Shown piece by piece: positions 38,225 through 51,600 of a DNA stretch of 64,000 nt. The translations under genes and the position numbers were made by a program. Position 1 is the first letter of the stretch; each line of letters begins with the position of its first letter. This DNA comes from Girardia tigrina. Taxonomy: Eukaryota. The stretch covers positions 1 to 64,000 of the forward strand of contig MQRK01226571.1 in NCBI GenBank assembly GCA_001938485.1, in the 5' to 3' direction. The notes beneath the pieces are model-generated. The model did no database searches. It was not told where the DNA came from and saw nothing but the letters and a program-made list of their open reading frames with translations.

Positions 38225-39026
38225 ATTCTTTGTCATTTTATTTGCAACAAAATCGATAATTTCAATGTTAAGGCATTAATTTGGACCGAGGTTATTTGTG
38301 TGATTATGTTTGTTAATTATTTTATCCATCGAAATAATTAAAATTAAAATTCCTAATTTAAAATTCAAAAAATTTAAAAAAATTGTCAATATTTTTGTTT
38401 AATCTTAAATCGAGAGTTTGATATGAAAATTTAATTATCTATAAATACCTGTGCAATTCCAATATTTCCTTTTTCGGCTATACTTCTTTTAACAGAGTTC
38501 GAAGGATATGGTAAATCAATGTTATTTGTGTACCAGTCTTCCATAATTTTAATAGCTGTTTCATTTAACGACTTATTTTTCTTCGGCTTTTCCAAATGAC
38601 AGTCATTATTTACACTTTGATTAGTACGCTTGTTACTTGTGTTCTCCTCCTCATCTGACATAAAAAGGCTTTAGGGTTTGATTTGAATTCAATTCTTGAA
38701 CATCTAAAGACTTAATAAAATATAGGCAATATCTAAAACACCTGTTAAAGTATTTGATCCACCAGGAAAAGGATAAATTGATGAAACTGTTTTTGAAATT
38801 TGGTTTTCATCAGTGTTGCCAAATTCAAAATTTTTAAGCATCTCAAATCCTAAACTTTTTGACCACGACATAACATCCCAATTTGTTGGCATTAAACGTT
38901 TTATGTTTGGATCTTGAAAGATCTGACCATTAAGATCATTTTGAATAACGTTTTCCCTGGATTAAAAATAAGTTTCAAATGTTCTTTAAAAACAATAATC
39001 GTTCAACATTACCCTGGGTTTTGCAT
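38225..39026 (-). pseudogene. Spliced TALE-class homeobox gene (probably pseudogenised), antisense inside the inner LTR element
   Basis: Homeodomain KKNKSLNETAIKIMEDWYTNNIDLPYPSNSVKRSIAEKGNIGIAQ has the PYP TALE signature. GT-AG introns at 39012-38957, 38741-38704 and 38448-38404. Remnant helix 3 IKQ...ANK; one apparent frameshift before 38661. Confidence 0.75.
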
Positions 39027-39674
39027 AAATATCTAATTAAATATTACACTGATAAAATTTATAACAACATTTATTACACTGGATTTATAACAAAATTTTA
39101 AGTCACTTACTCATTCACCATAGGACCGTTTCTTATCTTCCTTTCTGATTAAAGTTAACTCAATTCTTCTCCGTGGCGAGTTTAAATTGATAAAAATAGT
39201 GTTACGAAGTTAAAATACAAAGTCCGATACAAAAACCGATTAATTTTATTTTAAATTTTTAATCAAATAACTAAAATGAATATTTTTAAATAAGCATTGT
39301 TTTTTTTTAATTTTAACAAATAAAATTCGTGGAAAACGTTTTTAAAAGATTATTCATATCTCAAATTGGTTTGACGAGTGAAGGCTCAACTATGGATTGT
39401 TGTAAGGAGAGTCGAAATTGTGTATATAATACAAATTGTAAACAATATATGAGTTCTCATAACACCTTTAAACAAAGTAATATATAAGAATGGAACTAAT
39501 AACAAAAAATTGATTACTTTGTAAAATTCGAAATCATTATGATAGTTATGTGTGATTGATTAATTATTAAATATTGTTTGTTTAAATAATATATAGTTTT
39601 TGTATGAGGTTTAAAATATAGTTTTGATTTGACTTTGAAAATAGATTTTAAAGAAACCAAAACGTAACTGAATA

Positions 39675-42600
39675 AAAGTGGAAACTTTTCATTTACCAGT
39701 AAAGTTGGATAATATTCTTGTAAAGATATTTCGACATAGTATAAGAGACAAAAATGTAGCAAAAGTATTGAAAATATTGAATCCATCCACAATAGCAGAT
39801 GCTTTAACAATGGTTAGAGAAGAAGACTGCGAAAAAGTTGATAATAATAATCATGAATTCTATAAAATGAACAAAAATATAGAAATATCAGAGTTATTGC
39901 AGAAAATCAAGAAGTTAAAGTAAAAAAATAAACAACTACGAGATGAGATATCAAAACTGGAAGATCGATGTTTTCCGAAGACTAACAATTTTGAAAGAAA
40001 TAACAAATACGAAAACGTTAAATGCTACAAATGCAATAAAAATGGGCATATTAAGAAATGTTGCAGAACAATAATATGTTTTGAATGCGGCGGAAATCAC
40101 AAAAAAACTCACTGTCCGAACCTCAAGACGGTGAAAGTGATGAAGGAAGAAGAACTATCGGATACCCAGAGCATTAACTCGACATCTCATTCTTCAAGAT
40201 GAGAGACTAGGCAGTTTAATGATATTTCAAAATCTAAACCAGAAAAACGGGATTTAACTAACCAGTATGTGGATTACATCCATGGCACGACCAAAAAGCC
40301 TAAAAGGCAACTATAAAAAGAGGTGCTGATGAAAAAGTCGTCTACAATAAACAAACCCATTGTTCAATTTACTATTGATAACAGAAAAATAAATGTTATG
40401 TTTGACACTAGAGCCGAGTTAAACGTGATAAGCAAAAGCCTTGTAAAACGTTTAACGGAAGAATCGGGCATAAGGATATATCCATCAGAAACGAAAGTCA
40501 GATGTGCCAACGATCAAACAGTAATTTGCGAAGGAAAAATTAAAGTTTCGGTAAATTTTGGTCGTATAGCAACGAAACATGTTTTTGATATCATGCCAGA
40601 TATATCACCAGATATTGTTATTGGATGTATGTTCAATTATTAGACAAAATATGGATAACTTACCGGAAAAGGTTAAGAATGCCACCATGGAGATAATTCG
40701 GCAGAATATAGAAATTTTTAGCAAATATACTTTAGACGTTGGTTTCACAAACATTATCGAACATTCCATAAAAACAGAAGAAGCAAAACCAATTGTATTT
40801 AAACCTCGAAGGATTTCAATAGGTTTAGAAGAAGCATGAAAAAATATGGTATAAGCGTCAGGTCAGAGATTGATTCTGTCGAAATTCAAAATGTTATTGT
40901 TCCGTTAGTTTCAGCCACCAAAGCTGCGATGACTTTAAACTAATCAATACCGTATATAAGAGTTTGGATGCGAATGAAGGGACAAAAAGAGCTCAGAAGT
41001 TTTTAATTAAGCGCATTTATTTTATGTAATAATGTAGAATTATCCGGATCTCGAGAGTTATTTGTGAAAGATACTGTGTTAGACAAAAATATGCAGAAAT
41101 TATTAATATCCGATTATTTATTATTTATGGGGGATAAACTGGAAATGACAGAGAAAGATTTCATTTGTAATTCCTTAGTTACTGCACATGAATGATTTAT
41201 ATGGGTTCGCATATATATGCCGGATGGAGGTGTCAAAATTTTACATGCTGTATCTTTTTTAGGGCATATGGAAGAATGGAAAGACGAAATGATACAATGT
41301 ACCAAGAAAAGCATTTTAGTTTATCATAAGTATCAAAGGAAAGAGAAGTATCCAAATTAACTGATGTATCTTCAATTATTAGACAAAATATGGACAACTT
41401 ACCGGAAAAGGTTAAAAATTCCACCATGGAGATAATTCGGCAGAATATGGAAATTTTTAACAAATATACTTTAGACGTTGGTTTCACAAACATTATCGAA
41501 CATTCCATAAAAACAGGAGAAGCAAAACCAATTGCATTTAAACCTAGAAGGATTCCAATAGGTTTAGAAGAAGCTGTAAATACTTAAGCAAAGGAGTTAG
41601 AAGAGGCGGGTATAATCAGGCAAAGTAATTCTCCGTGGAATTTCCCATTAGTAATCATTTAAAAGAAAAATGGAGGTATACGATTATGTATTGACTAACG
41701 GGGATTAAATGCAAAGACTGAACGTCCAATATATCCGATCCCATCTAGCAAAGAAATTTTCGATGCGATAGAAGAAGCGAAATATTTTTCTACTGTAGGC
41801 ATATCAAGCGGATATTATCAAATACCTATAAAAGAGGAAGATATAAAGAAAACGGCATTTACAACAAAATACGGGCAATACGAATTTACCCGAATGCCAT
41901 TCGGTTTGTGTCAGCTCTAGCTACATTCCAAAAAATGATGAATCTTATTATGCAAAGAGAAAACTGGTTAACATGTCTGATTGATTTGGATGACGTCCTC
42001 GTTTTTGGAAGGACAATAGAAGAGCACAATAACCGATTAAGTTTAGTGCTTTAGAGGATAAAAGAAGCAGGTCTTAAATTGTCTGCTGAGAAATATTGCA
42101 TTTTGAAAAGCAGTGTATGGTATCTTGGTCACATAATAGATGCGGAAGGGGTGAAAACGGACCCTGAAAAATTGGGTGCGATAAAAAATTGGCATATTTC
42201 AAATTGCATAAAGGAGTTACAATCGTTTCTACGATTATATAAATATTATAGAAGATTCATTAAAAATTATACCATGTTATCGGAACCTCTCACTTCGATG
42301 ATTAAGACTGATTCAAAAATTTAGTGGAACGCGGATAAAATTAATTCGTTTAATAAACTGAAAGATGCTTTATCCTCCCCAACCGTTTTAGCTCTTCCAA
42401 CAACCGACGGTCATTACATACTGGACACCGATGCTTCACAAAACTCAATTGGTGCAGTATTATCGCAAATACAAAATGGTTCTGAACGTGTTCTGACATA
42501 CGCTTCAAAAACCCTAACTAAAAGTCAAAAAAAATATTGCATTACTCGAAAAGAACTGCTGGCAGTGTATGTTTTTGTTTTGAAATTTAAACATTATTTA

Positions 42601-44224
42601 TTAGGTCATAACTTTACGGTCAGAACAGACCACAAAGCTTTAAAATGGTTCTTAAATTGAGACAGTCCAAATGCGTCGTAATTTTGTGTGTGTAAGTCAG
42701 AGTTAGAAGTATATGATATGACAATAGAATACTGGAAAGGAAACGATCAGGCGAATGCCGACGCTCTATCAAGATTGGGTTATTGTGAACAATGCACTCT
42801 TAATTATAAAGAACCACTGAAAATACGAAACGTTAAAGTTTTCGAAGACAGTTCAAGCGATTCAAGCGATGAAAAAGCTATATGCAAATTATTTATAAAT
42901 GATGGCAATCAATTTAAAGATGTTGTAATTGTATGGAATATTAAAATGATTACAAAAAGTATAACCATAACCGAAGTACCTACGGAAATCAAAGCAGATA
43001 AATGTTTTAAACAACTATTTTCACGTTTATCAGATCTAAGACTACGAGGATACTTACTTTATTTACTAGACAATGACATTTACAAACTAGTTATTCAAAA
43101 GTCTGATAGACATATTATTATTCAAAAAATGCACGAAGGTCTGGGGGCATACAGGTATAGAGAGAATCACAGTTGCATGAAAAAATGAATTCTACTGGCC
43201 AAGTATAGATCACGATATAAAAGATTTTTTTACTAAGTGTGAAGCGTGTGCTAAATTAAAATGTAAAAACGGTCGTGGTAGAGCACCAATTACCCATATA
43301 GAAGCAAACAGACCATTTGAAGGATAAGACCTAAAGAAGGATATTGCTATATTTTAGGAATAATCGACAACTTCTCCAAATATGTAGCTTTAATCCCTCT
43401 TAGAACAATAGATTAAAAATCTAAAATAAAATTATTATGAGATCAATGGACATCAAAGTACGGGAAACAAGAGCATATACATTCAGATAACGGTTCTTAT
43501 TTTTTTTCTGCTGAATTTAAAACCTTTTGTTTTTCGATGAATATTAATCAAAATCAAAGCTCACCTTATTATCCGCAATCAAATGGATTAAATGAACGAA
43601 GTTTTCGCACAGCTAAAGAAATGATAAATGTGTATATGTATTCTCGTAACACACGAGATTGGACAGAAGTTCTTACGATTGTGGAATACGGTTTGCGATG
43701 TGAAATGCAGAAATCCAGGGGGTATAGCCCCTTGGAAGCAGTATATAGAAGAAAACACTCATTACTAAATTTTATTGGTAAAAACGAGGGCAGAAGAACA
43801 GAAAGTGAATATGTATTGTAGTTAAAGAACACGCAACAAAAGCTGAATAAATTAGTCTCAGATAATATAAAAAATAATTCGAAGAATTCAGATAATCTAT
43901 CAGAAACATGTGGTATACCAAGCTCAGAGTTGGAGACAAAGTGTTAATAAAAGAAACGGGGAGAAAAGATCAGGAAAAACAAAATACGTCGGACCGTTTA
44001 CTATAAAGAAGATAAATAATGATTGGACTTATGAATTATTGGACAAAGTATCTCATACACTCCTGAAAAGAAACTACAATCAAGTTAAAAGATATAAAGG
44101 AAGATTAAGTATTCCTTGTGATCGGACATCAAGTGTATCATCCAGCTCTGTCGCAAAAACGATAGTGAAGGATAAGAGATATCCAGTAAGAAGCAAAAGA
44201 AATCCAATTCCAAAATATCGGTGA
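39675..44224 (+). pseudogene. Outer element gag C-terminus and pol (PR-RT-RH-IN), many stops/frameshifts
   Basis: Knuckles CYKCNKNGHIKKCC and CFECGGNHKKTHC; PR MFDTRAELNV; RT SPWNFPL, RMPFGL, LDDVLVFG; RH LDTDAS, TRKELLA, TDHKAL, NADALSR; IN HSDNG, YPQSNGLNER, YVGPF. Confidence 0.93.
40633..40837 (+). repeat. ~205-bp copy of 41372-41575 inserted upstream within pol
   Basis: Near-identical TCAATTATTAGACAAAATATGGA...GGTTTAGAAGAAGC occurs at both sites. Confidence 0.9.
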
Positions 44225-46199
44225 TCCCAGAGGGGGATGTTATATTATCATTTTGATAATATATTTTAAAAAATTAAAAAACTGAAAATATTTAAAAACA
44301 ATTTAAATTTATTTAAATAATATGTTATATAATAAATATTAATCTTGTTCAACTTTTATTGATTTTATCATTATTAGATATATAAAACAAGTTAGCGATT
44401 TTGATATCTGGTTTGTGCGAAATAAGAAACCATCATTCCTTATAATTTTTTTGCAAAATCGTTAATTGTTGTATTAATAAATATTTGGTATTATGAACTC
44501 AATCATTGATCACGAACTCAACATTCTGAATTTGATTTCCGAATATATAGTATGATTCTAGTGAGGCAAAGTTTGATTGGTCTGCAAATAAAATTCTTTA
44601 ATCTGCAATGATCGTATGATATTATTGCGTGGGCGTGATGTGATACAAGTCTGCAATCAATTAAGGTTCATTTCCATAAATACATGGTATCAAATGCCTC
44701 AGTAACATAGCTAGGAGTGCTTTGATTTGTTAATTTCTAAGTTATCACTTCATTAGTTCTATTTTTATTAAATTATCGATTTTTCTTATTTTACTCATTA
44801 CTATAAGTATTTTCTTTGGAGTTTTTTGTGATCTAAGTGCTCTATAACGCTCATACCCAAAAACATGAGCCATAACTGTTTATATGCTTCAAATACAGTT
44901 TGAACGTAATCAGTACCTGTATCAGTGACGAACCGACCGTTAAATGATAATTTTACTTGCAACGTAGTGTTGCAAGAAGAAGAATCTTTTCTTTATCTTC
45001 CCTCAATCACCCTCCATCACCTCAAACATCTACCACAAATTCTAGATAATATATGATATTTTTTCTTTCTATCAATTTCTCTAACAAGTGACACAGAGTC
45101 CCGTTAAAACATAAAAACGTTTATATTCCTGATTCATTAATTAATTCATATCTTTACGTTGTAACTTTTTTGATGTGTGAAATCAAATCGTTTTTTTATC
45201 AGTGTTTCGTAAATCAATAGATTTTTGATAATTGTGTATAAATAAAAAATAAATAAATGCTAAAAAATTATTATTACAAAAAAAATTTAAAGAAAAAAAT
45301 TAAAAGATTTTTAAAAAAATTGAGTTTAAATGCATTAGTTAAATAAAAAAATTAGAGTTATGTTTTGGCGATCGATAAAATAATCAATGAGATGACGTTA
45401 TCTTTGGTGGAATTTGATTTTGATATTGGTTGTTTTATTCGAATTAAATGTAATTTATGAGTTTTGGCGCAATTGTCAATGTGCAAAATTTAAATAAATT
45501 TTTATGAGTAATATATTTTTTGAGACATTTTGATCAAACAATCGAATTTTCAATTGCATATTTAAATTTCAATCTTCATGACATTTGATATAAGTTATTC
45601 AATAAACGAAATCTCTCCTCAAACGATGATTGTTTTTTTGTTTTAAAAAATCGATTCAAAACGTTATGTCGAATTTTGTTAAGTTGGATAAAGAACCGAT
45701 TGTCAATTGTAATAAAGATTCAAATGGTAAATCGAATATATTTTGACATGATGCTTCATTTGAGTCTGTCAATTCGAGCCTGAGTTGGGAAAGGTCTTTT
45801 GAATCGACGCCGTCATCGAACCAACATAATCTCAACAATCGTTTCAAATCGAATTTCGATGATTGGAAAAAGCTTTTAAACTATTCAAAATCTGAAAATA
45901 AATTGCAATTGAATAGTAATAATAATAGTAATACTAATGACAATAATCGATCATTCGCGATGGACGAGGAAACAGAGTTACTTTTGATTAAGGTATTCTC
46001 CATGTTAATATCTGCACGACCCAGAAATAGGACACGAACGCTAGAGTGTTGCAGCCGCGCTTCGCCTGCTCTGTTGTAACCAACAGCCATATTGACTGGA
46101 CAAAAAATTGGATATACTAAGTACTGCTGTTTCCATTACTTTTAGGATAGTCGAAATCGCGCTCAATACTACCAACGCACAGATTATTTTTTACGAAAT

Positions 46200-46930
46200 G
46201 TGACTCTTCTTGGTAATCATCAGTCAACAACCTTTTTTAAACGTCGAAGCGTGATATTGCGCCTATCCACATCAAACTCGTATTGATGAAATAGCTGGTG
46301 AAAAAGTTGGACAAGAATTGTACGTCGTTCACATACTTGGGCAAGAAATTTCATGCACTGAGTGCCGCAAAGGTTAAAGAAGGAGTGTTTGTGGGATCGC
46401 AGATCAAAGACAAACGGTTTGAAGAGATCATCGATCACCTTCAGCTGGCAGCTTCGAGAACTTTCAAGGTTATATATAAAGTGTTTCTCGGAAATTTCTG
46501 CGCAGTGTCACTGATGAACATGAAGAGCATTTCGATCAAGACGTCGCTTTAATGGAAAAACGCTACAAGGGGAAATGAACATCTGTCACGCTTGCAGACT
46601 GTTGAATGATGCTACGTGACGTTCCTGACGTTTGCTATAAACGAACAACTTCTTCGAAACACTTCTAAGCCCTGTTAACATCTATTCCGTTAATATTCCT
46701 GCATATCTGTTTGTATTAAAGCGTTTTCTATGTAACTATAGTAGTTATCAATTCAAAAATTTAATCTAAATTAGGCTTAAAATTGGGGAAATAATTTTTC
46801 TCATTTCCATACTACTGGAGACATTGCGACCATATCGGAATTTAGATTCGAAATTAGGGATATCGAATTTCTAGGAATATGGTGAATTTATTCATGAACC
46901 TTTTTGAAAGAAAAAGTTTATCGGATAGTG
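46200..46930 (+). mobile_element. Internally deleted CAC...GTG-type DNA transposon (Chapaev3/CMC-like transposase)
   Basis: LGKKFHALSAAKVKEGVFVGSQIK, FLGN, AVTDEHEE(H)FDQDVALMEKRYKGK motifs; terminus ...TTTATCGGATAGTG. Confidence 0.6.
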
Positions 46931-48409
46931 TCATTTACTGTACATGTAATGTATTTTGTTTTTGACTTAAAATTTATTCTACTGTATTTCTACGTTCTTT
47001 CTTTGAATTAAAAGTATGACGAAAGTTTCGTTGCATTGAAGTGCTATTGTCAGTTTTTGACAATCAGGAATGAAAGAAGTTTCAATTACCATAAGACTGA
47101 AGTGCTCAATTCTAATTGCCTACAAAGTTCTTGCACAAAAGAGAAAAATGAATGACGTGCAGTTGGCTTGAAAAAAGGAGTTGGATATCTGTTTGAAGAA
47201 CTTTAAAACTCTTTTCTGCAGTTTTACTTCCACTAATTTAATATAATATTTAAAATATACATGTTAGAATCTGTGAGAACACCACTCGGAGAAGAAAAAA
47301 TATCCCTAACTAAATTATATTTATTAATGACACTTAATTAACGGATATTGAAAAATATTTGGAATAATTGATTGATTGCGTTGATCTTCTAATAATTCCC
47401 ATTTCCACTCTGATTTTCAATTCCCGGAAAAATTCTGCCAATTATTAAAACAAATTTCTTTTTATTTAATTTACATTTAACTTATATTCTATTTATTTAA
47501 TTATTTCTTAAAAAATTTGAGGAACTAAATTACTAAAGTTTATTTTTTTGTTAAACCGGTATTTTATAAAATTATATTTAATTAACTAATTTAACTTAAT
47601 TTCGATTGCCTATTTTAAAGATTTTCCGTTTACTATTAATTCCTAGCAATACAGTTTTACAATAATCATTTAAAATGGACCTCATTTATTTTTATATTTT
47701 CGTCATAGTCTTCTTGATTCTGTGATATAAAATATGTGATAAATATGTGATATATAAGTAAAACAACTAAATATTTTTAACTTGACATGTGTTCATGAAA
47801 ATAAGATATCTTAAGAAAAATTTCAGACGAACATAAATCTTTCCTTTAAATACTTTAAGTTAAGAAAACCCCTTTTAAAGTTAACATTCCAGGATTATAT
47901 AGCATCCATCTGAAGACAAGTTTCAAGGTAGTACTACTGAGAATGAAAAGGAAATAAAAGAGATTAGGAAAGTAAAAATGTTGTAAATGTCAAATAATGT
48001 CACTCACAAAAGATATTTTATTTTAAAATACAAAACCTGAAAAAGTGGTCTAAAAGAACTCGTCAATTGAAAATTTTAACCTATTTTCTTTTATATAATT
48101 TGCATAAGAAAATGTCCATAACTCAGTTAATTTCAGCTTAATTTCTTTTCATTCAACATTAAAGTACTCTCATTTTTTCAATGAATGTTAAAAATATATA
48201 ATAAGTTCTTTTATAATTGACGCATACTGGTTTTAATCTACTTCCTCTTTATATATTCTCGATATTTGTTTTAATGCATTTAGTAAAATAAGTTCAACCA
48301 CCGTTTAATCCACCGAAAAGCATTATAGCCTTATCATTACTGATAACAATATAAAAAACGTTGAATAAATATAAAATATTATATTTAGCATCAGGTCTTT
48401 CATTTAAAG

Positions 48410-48603
48410 CAGGGCTCGTCAACCTTTTTCCCACTGACGGCCAAATAAATATGCACGATGAAAAGGAAGGGCCCACACGTATAAGAACACAGCCTTCCTT
48501 TTCTTAAAAGTGAAATAAGTGATGTTGACAATGTAATAAAGAAAAATGAAAATAGAAAGGGCCGAATTAAAAAACTCAAAGGGGCGCCAGTTGCCGATCC
48601 CTG
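48410..48603. mobile_element. hAT (Charlie-like) MITE
   Basis: TIR CAGGG(C/A)TCG(T/G)CAAC; 8-bp TSD ATTTAAAG/ATTTAACG. Confidence 0.85.
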
Positions 48604-48948
48604 ATTTAACGTCACACTTCAGATCATTGTCACCAAATAATTAACGAATGAATATTATTTTACATTTTCTGTGGTATATTTTATAACTTTAAAATTTAAA
48701 AAAATAATTCCTGAGTATGTTCTAGATTCAACAAGCAATCACAATTTCGTTGACCACTCATTCAATGATAAATATTTTCAATTTATATTTGCTAATATTT
48801 TTTTTATAATTTCATTTATTTACAAGTTTGATATTAATAGAAAACACAAAGATTGTTACTGATAATTTTACTATTCAAAATAAGGAAACATAAGGAAAGA
48901 AGTGAACTGCAAAAACTGACTTCAATCTAAATAAAAAAATAAATAATC

Positions 48949-48998
<50 letters not shown>

Positions 48999-49538
48999 TA
49001 ATAACAATATTTATGTACATAATAGATATTCACGTTTAAAATATTTTATTAAAAATAATTAATGACTAAATAACCTAAATAATTATTGCTTTTTAATAAC
49101 TTCTATGAAAAACTGAAGATAAATGTATTTTTTGTAGTAACAAATCTGTTACTTCGTAATTTAGGGACCCGCAACATTGGTAAAAATAGAATTTATTCTA
49201 TTTCAAAGTTTGAACTTTATTTTACATAAGGGCTTTGATTCGATTTTGAGAGACAGTTCTGTCAATCATTATTCATAAGACAATACAATCCATTAATAAA
49301 TATTAAAAATGACAATGTAAGGCCGTCTCAATTCTTAAAATCTTTAATTAAAATAAATAAAAAATTTGCCATTAATATCCATAAATATTAAAAAGAATAA
49401 TATTTACTGATAAAATCTCCCATTTATTAACATTTGATTACATTACAAACTACATTATAATTTCTTGCAATGAAAAATTAAGTTCAAAAACATGTACAAT
49501 AATGAATTTCTTAAAAAAGCTTTAACAAAATCATTTTT

Positions 49539-49574
<36 letters not shown>

Positions 49575-49660
49575 TGGAACAAAAGTTTTGTCAGTTATTT
49601 AAAAAACGGTAAATAAAATTTTAAATTTAATTCTGTCTTATAAGGATTTTATATATTATA

Positions 49661-50869
49661 TTGGGTTGTCCGAAAAGTAATGCGCCTTTTTTCATGAAAA
49701 TTCAAATCCTTTTTTTTACAAAAAAGACAAAAAAATATTCTGTGAATTATTTTCCGCTTTGTTTGATCCCCTCTACCTATCTTTCCGGTAGTTTCAAAAT
49801 TCCATCTGCACAGAACAGTATCTGTTTTGACTCGTAATACTCAACCACATGGGTTTTGATAGTCTCACAGTTGATCAAAGGTTTTCCATTCAAAGAATTC
49901 TACAAGGACCGCAATAAATAGAAGTCTGATGGAGTAAGATCAAGTGAATATGGTAGGTGAAGTAACACCTCCCAACCAAAACCTTATAATTTTTTACGAG
50001 GGATGATAGAAACACGTGGTTTTGTGTTGTCATGTTGAAGCAGAACAAATTTTCTGTTTTGTCAGTTCCGGATGCTTTTCCACTATTTTGTGATTCAAAT
50101 TTTCTAGCTGACGACAATACACATAAAAATTGACTGTTTGATTTTGTAGAAGAAGTTCATAATACATGACACTTTTAAAATCGCACCAAACACACAGCAT
50201 TACTGTTTTTAATGCCTTTGGAATAGCACGTGGAGGCTTAGATGAGTGACTATAAGATTTTTTCTAACCGCATTAGGGTTAGCAAATCCACTTCTCATCT
50301 GATGTTATAACTTGTCTTGTGCTTTATGAGTAAATCGCATATCGAAAAACGAACCATACAATTTCTTTCAGACAGTTTATGAGGAAGCCAAATATCGTAT
50401 TGGAAAATATATCAAAGTTTCGCCAAATGATCCTGCACCATGCTTTTTGGAACACCCACTGCCTCTGCTATATCAGGAGTAGTTAATCTTGGATTTTACT
50501 CAATCTGTTCCTTAATTTGGCGAGCATCAACAGTCGAAGGTCGTCCAGGGAGAATGGCATCTTCGAGGTCAAAATTTCCAGCGTTGTAATTAACAAACCA
50601 TCTTCTTACATTAGATTTAGTTAACAAATTCGCACCATAAACACTTCCAATCTTTTTCGAAGTTACAGATGCATTTTTTTAAATGTGTTGTAAATGTTCC
50701 GATTTTTTCTCCATTTTAAAATGGTCCTTGACTTTTAAATTTTCCATTTCTTAAATAAATTTTTCAAATTAATATATTGACACTTAATTAATATAAAAAC
50801 TGAAGATTTTTAATTAAGTTATATAGCTAATAATACCCGTTAAAGTTACCTACTTTTCGGACAACCTAA
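49661..50869 (-). mobile_element. Near full-length degenerate mariner
   Basis: TIRs TT(G/A)GGTTGTCCGAAAAGTA flanked by TA; transposase remnants WFVNYNAGNFDLEDAILPGRPS. Confidence 0.9.
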
Positions 50870-50959
50870 TAAATTATTAGGAACATTTTTGTATATTTTT
50901 CATCTTGTATAGTGTTTTCTATAGAAAGTCATTGATTTTAGGAACAATTTACAATGTCA

Positions 50960-51600
50960 AAAAAACAAAAAAATCCTCAAATTGATTTTTAACGAATTAA
51001 AACTTCATCATACAGCAGTGGAAGAGTCTAAAACCTTTGCCCTAACAACGTCAGAGATTCCACGACTGAAAAAACTTGTTTTCGATGATATGTAAAATTT
51101 CGCTCCTGGAATACACATCGTAAAGAATATAAAGCTTTCCAGATGCCTTACCACTATTGATAAACGAGCCTTACGCCATTCCACTGAAGTGGATCCGACC
51201 AAAACAACGTGCGAACTGGCCAGTGAACTCCAAACTTTCCATTCAACCATTATTCGAAACCTTCAGAAAATTAACAAAAAAATAAACGTGGTGAAGAGAT
51301 CACGCACGAACGTAGCCGTGGTGGATTGCAACAGATTTTGACGACGCGATGAGAAGTGAGTTGTCTACGATAACCAGCGTTTGGTTAATGACATCGAGAC
51401 CTGTTCACTGTGAACTCCTTTAGCGCGGTCAAACAATCACCTCTGAAGTTTATTGTACCAAATTAGACTGTATTCAGGCAGTTTTGTGTTCGTGGTATCA
51501 ACACAGCTCGTGTTTGCTTTTAACCAGAAAACGCCAGACCCCATGTTTCACGCCATACGCGCCAAAAACTTGAAGAATTTGGGTTGTACTGTTCTTAAGA
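50960..51600 (+). pseudogene. Degenerate mariner transposase fragment
   Basis: EVDPTKTTCELASEL..HSTIIRNLQKI, DEK*VVYDN and QKTPDPM/NARPH-like segments. Confidence 0.6.

Larger units (their letters stand above)
28408..39669 (+). mobile_element. Inner 11.3-kb LTR element inserted in the outer gag; keeps gag-protease, lacks RT/RNase H, filled with cargo and nested TEs
   Basis: LTRs at 28408-28534 and 39544-39669 with AGTTA...TAACT termini, ~95% identical. TSD GAATA (28403-28407, 39670-39674). PBS TGGTGACCACG overlaps the last LTR base (tRNA-Arg-like). Confidence 0.93.
26901..44389 (+). mobile_element. Full-length but decayed Ty3/Gypsy LTR retrotransposon (outer element), expanded by nested insertions
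   Basis: 5' LTR at 26901-28010 (split by a solo LTR) and 3' LTR at 44238-44389, ~95% identical with TG...CA ends. TSD AGTTA at 26896-26900 and 44390-44394. PBS TGGCGTCACGAACA (28011); PPT AGAGGGGGA (44229-44237). Confidence 0.95.

Noticed and set aside
45656-45900. Exon-like minus-strand ORF (LCWFDDGVDSKDL...)
   Set aside because: No recognisable domain or convincing partner exons.
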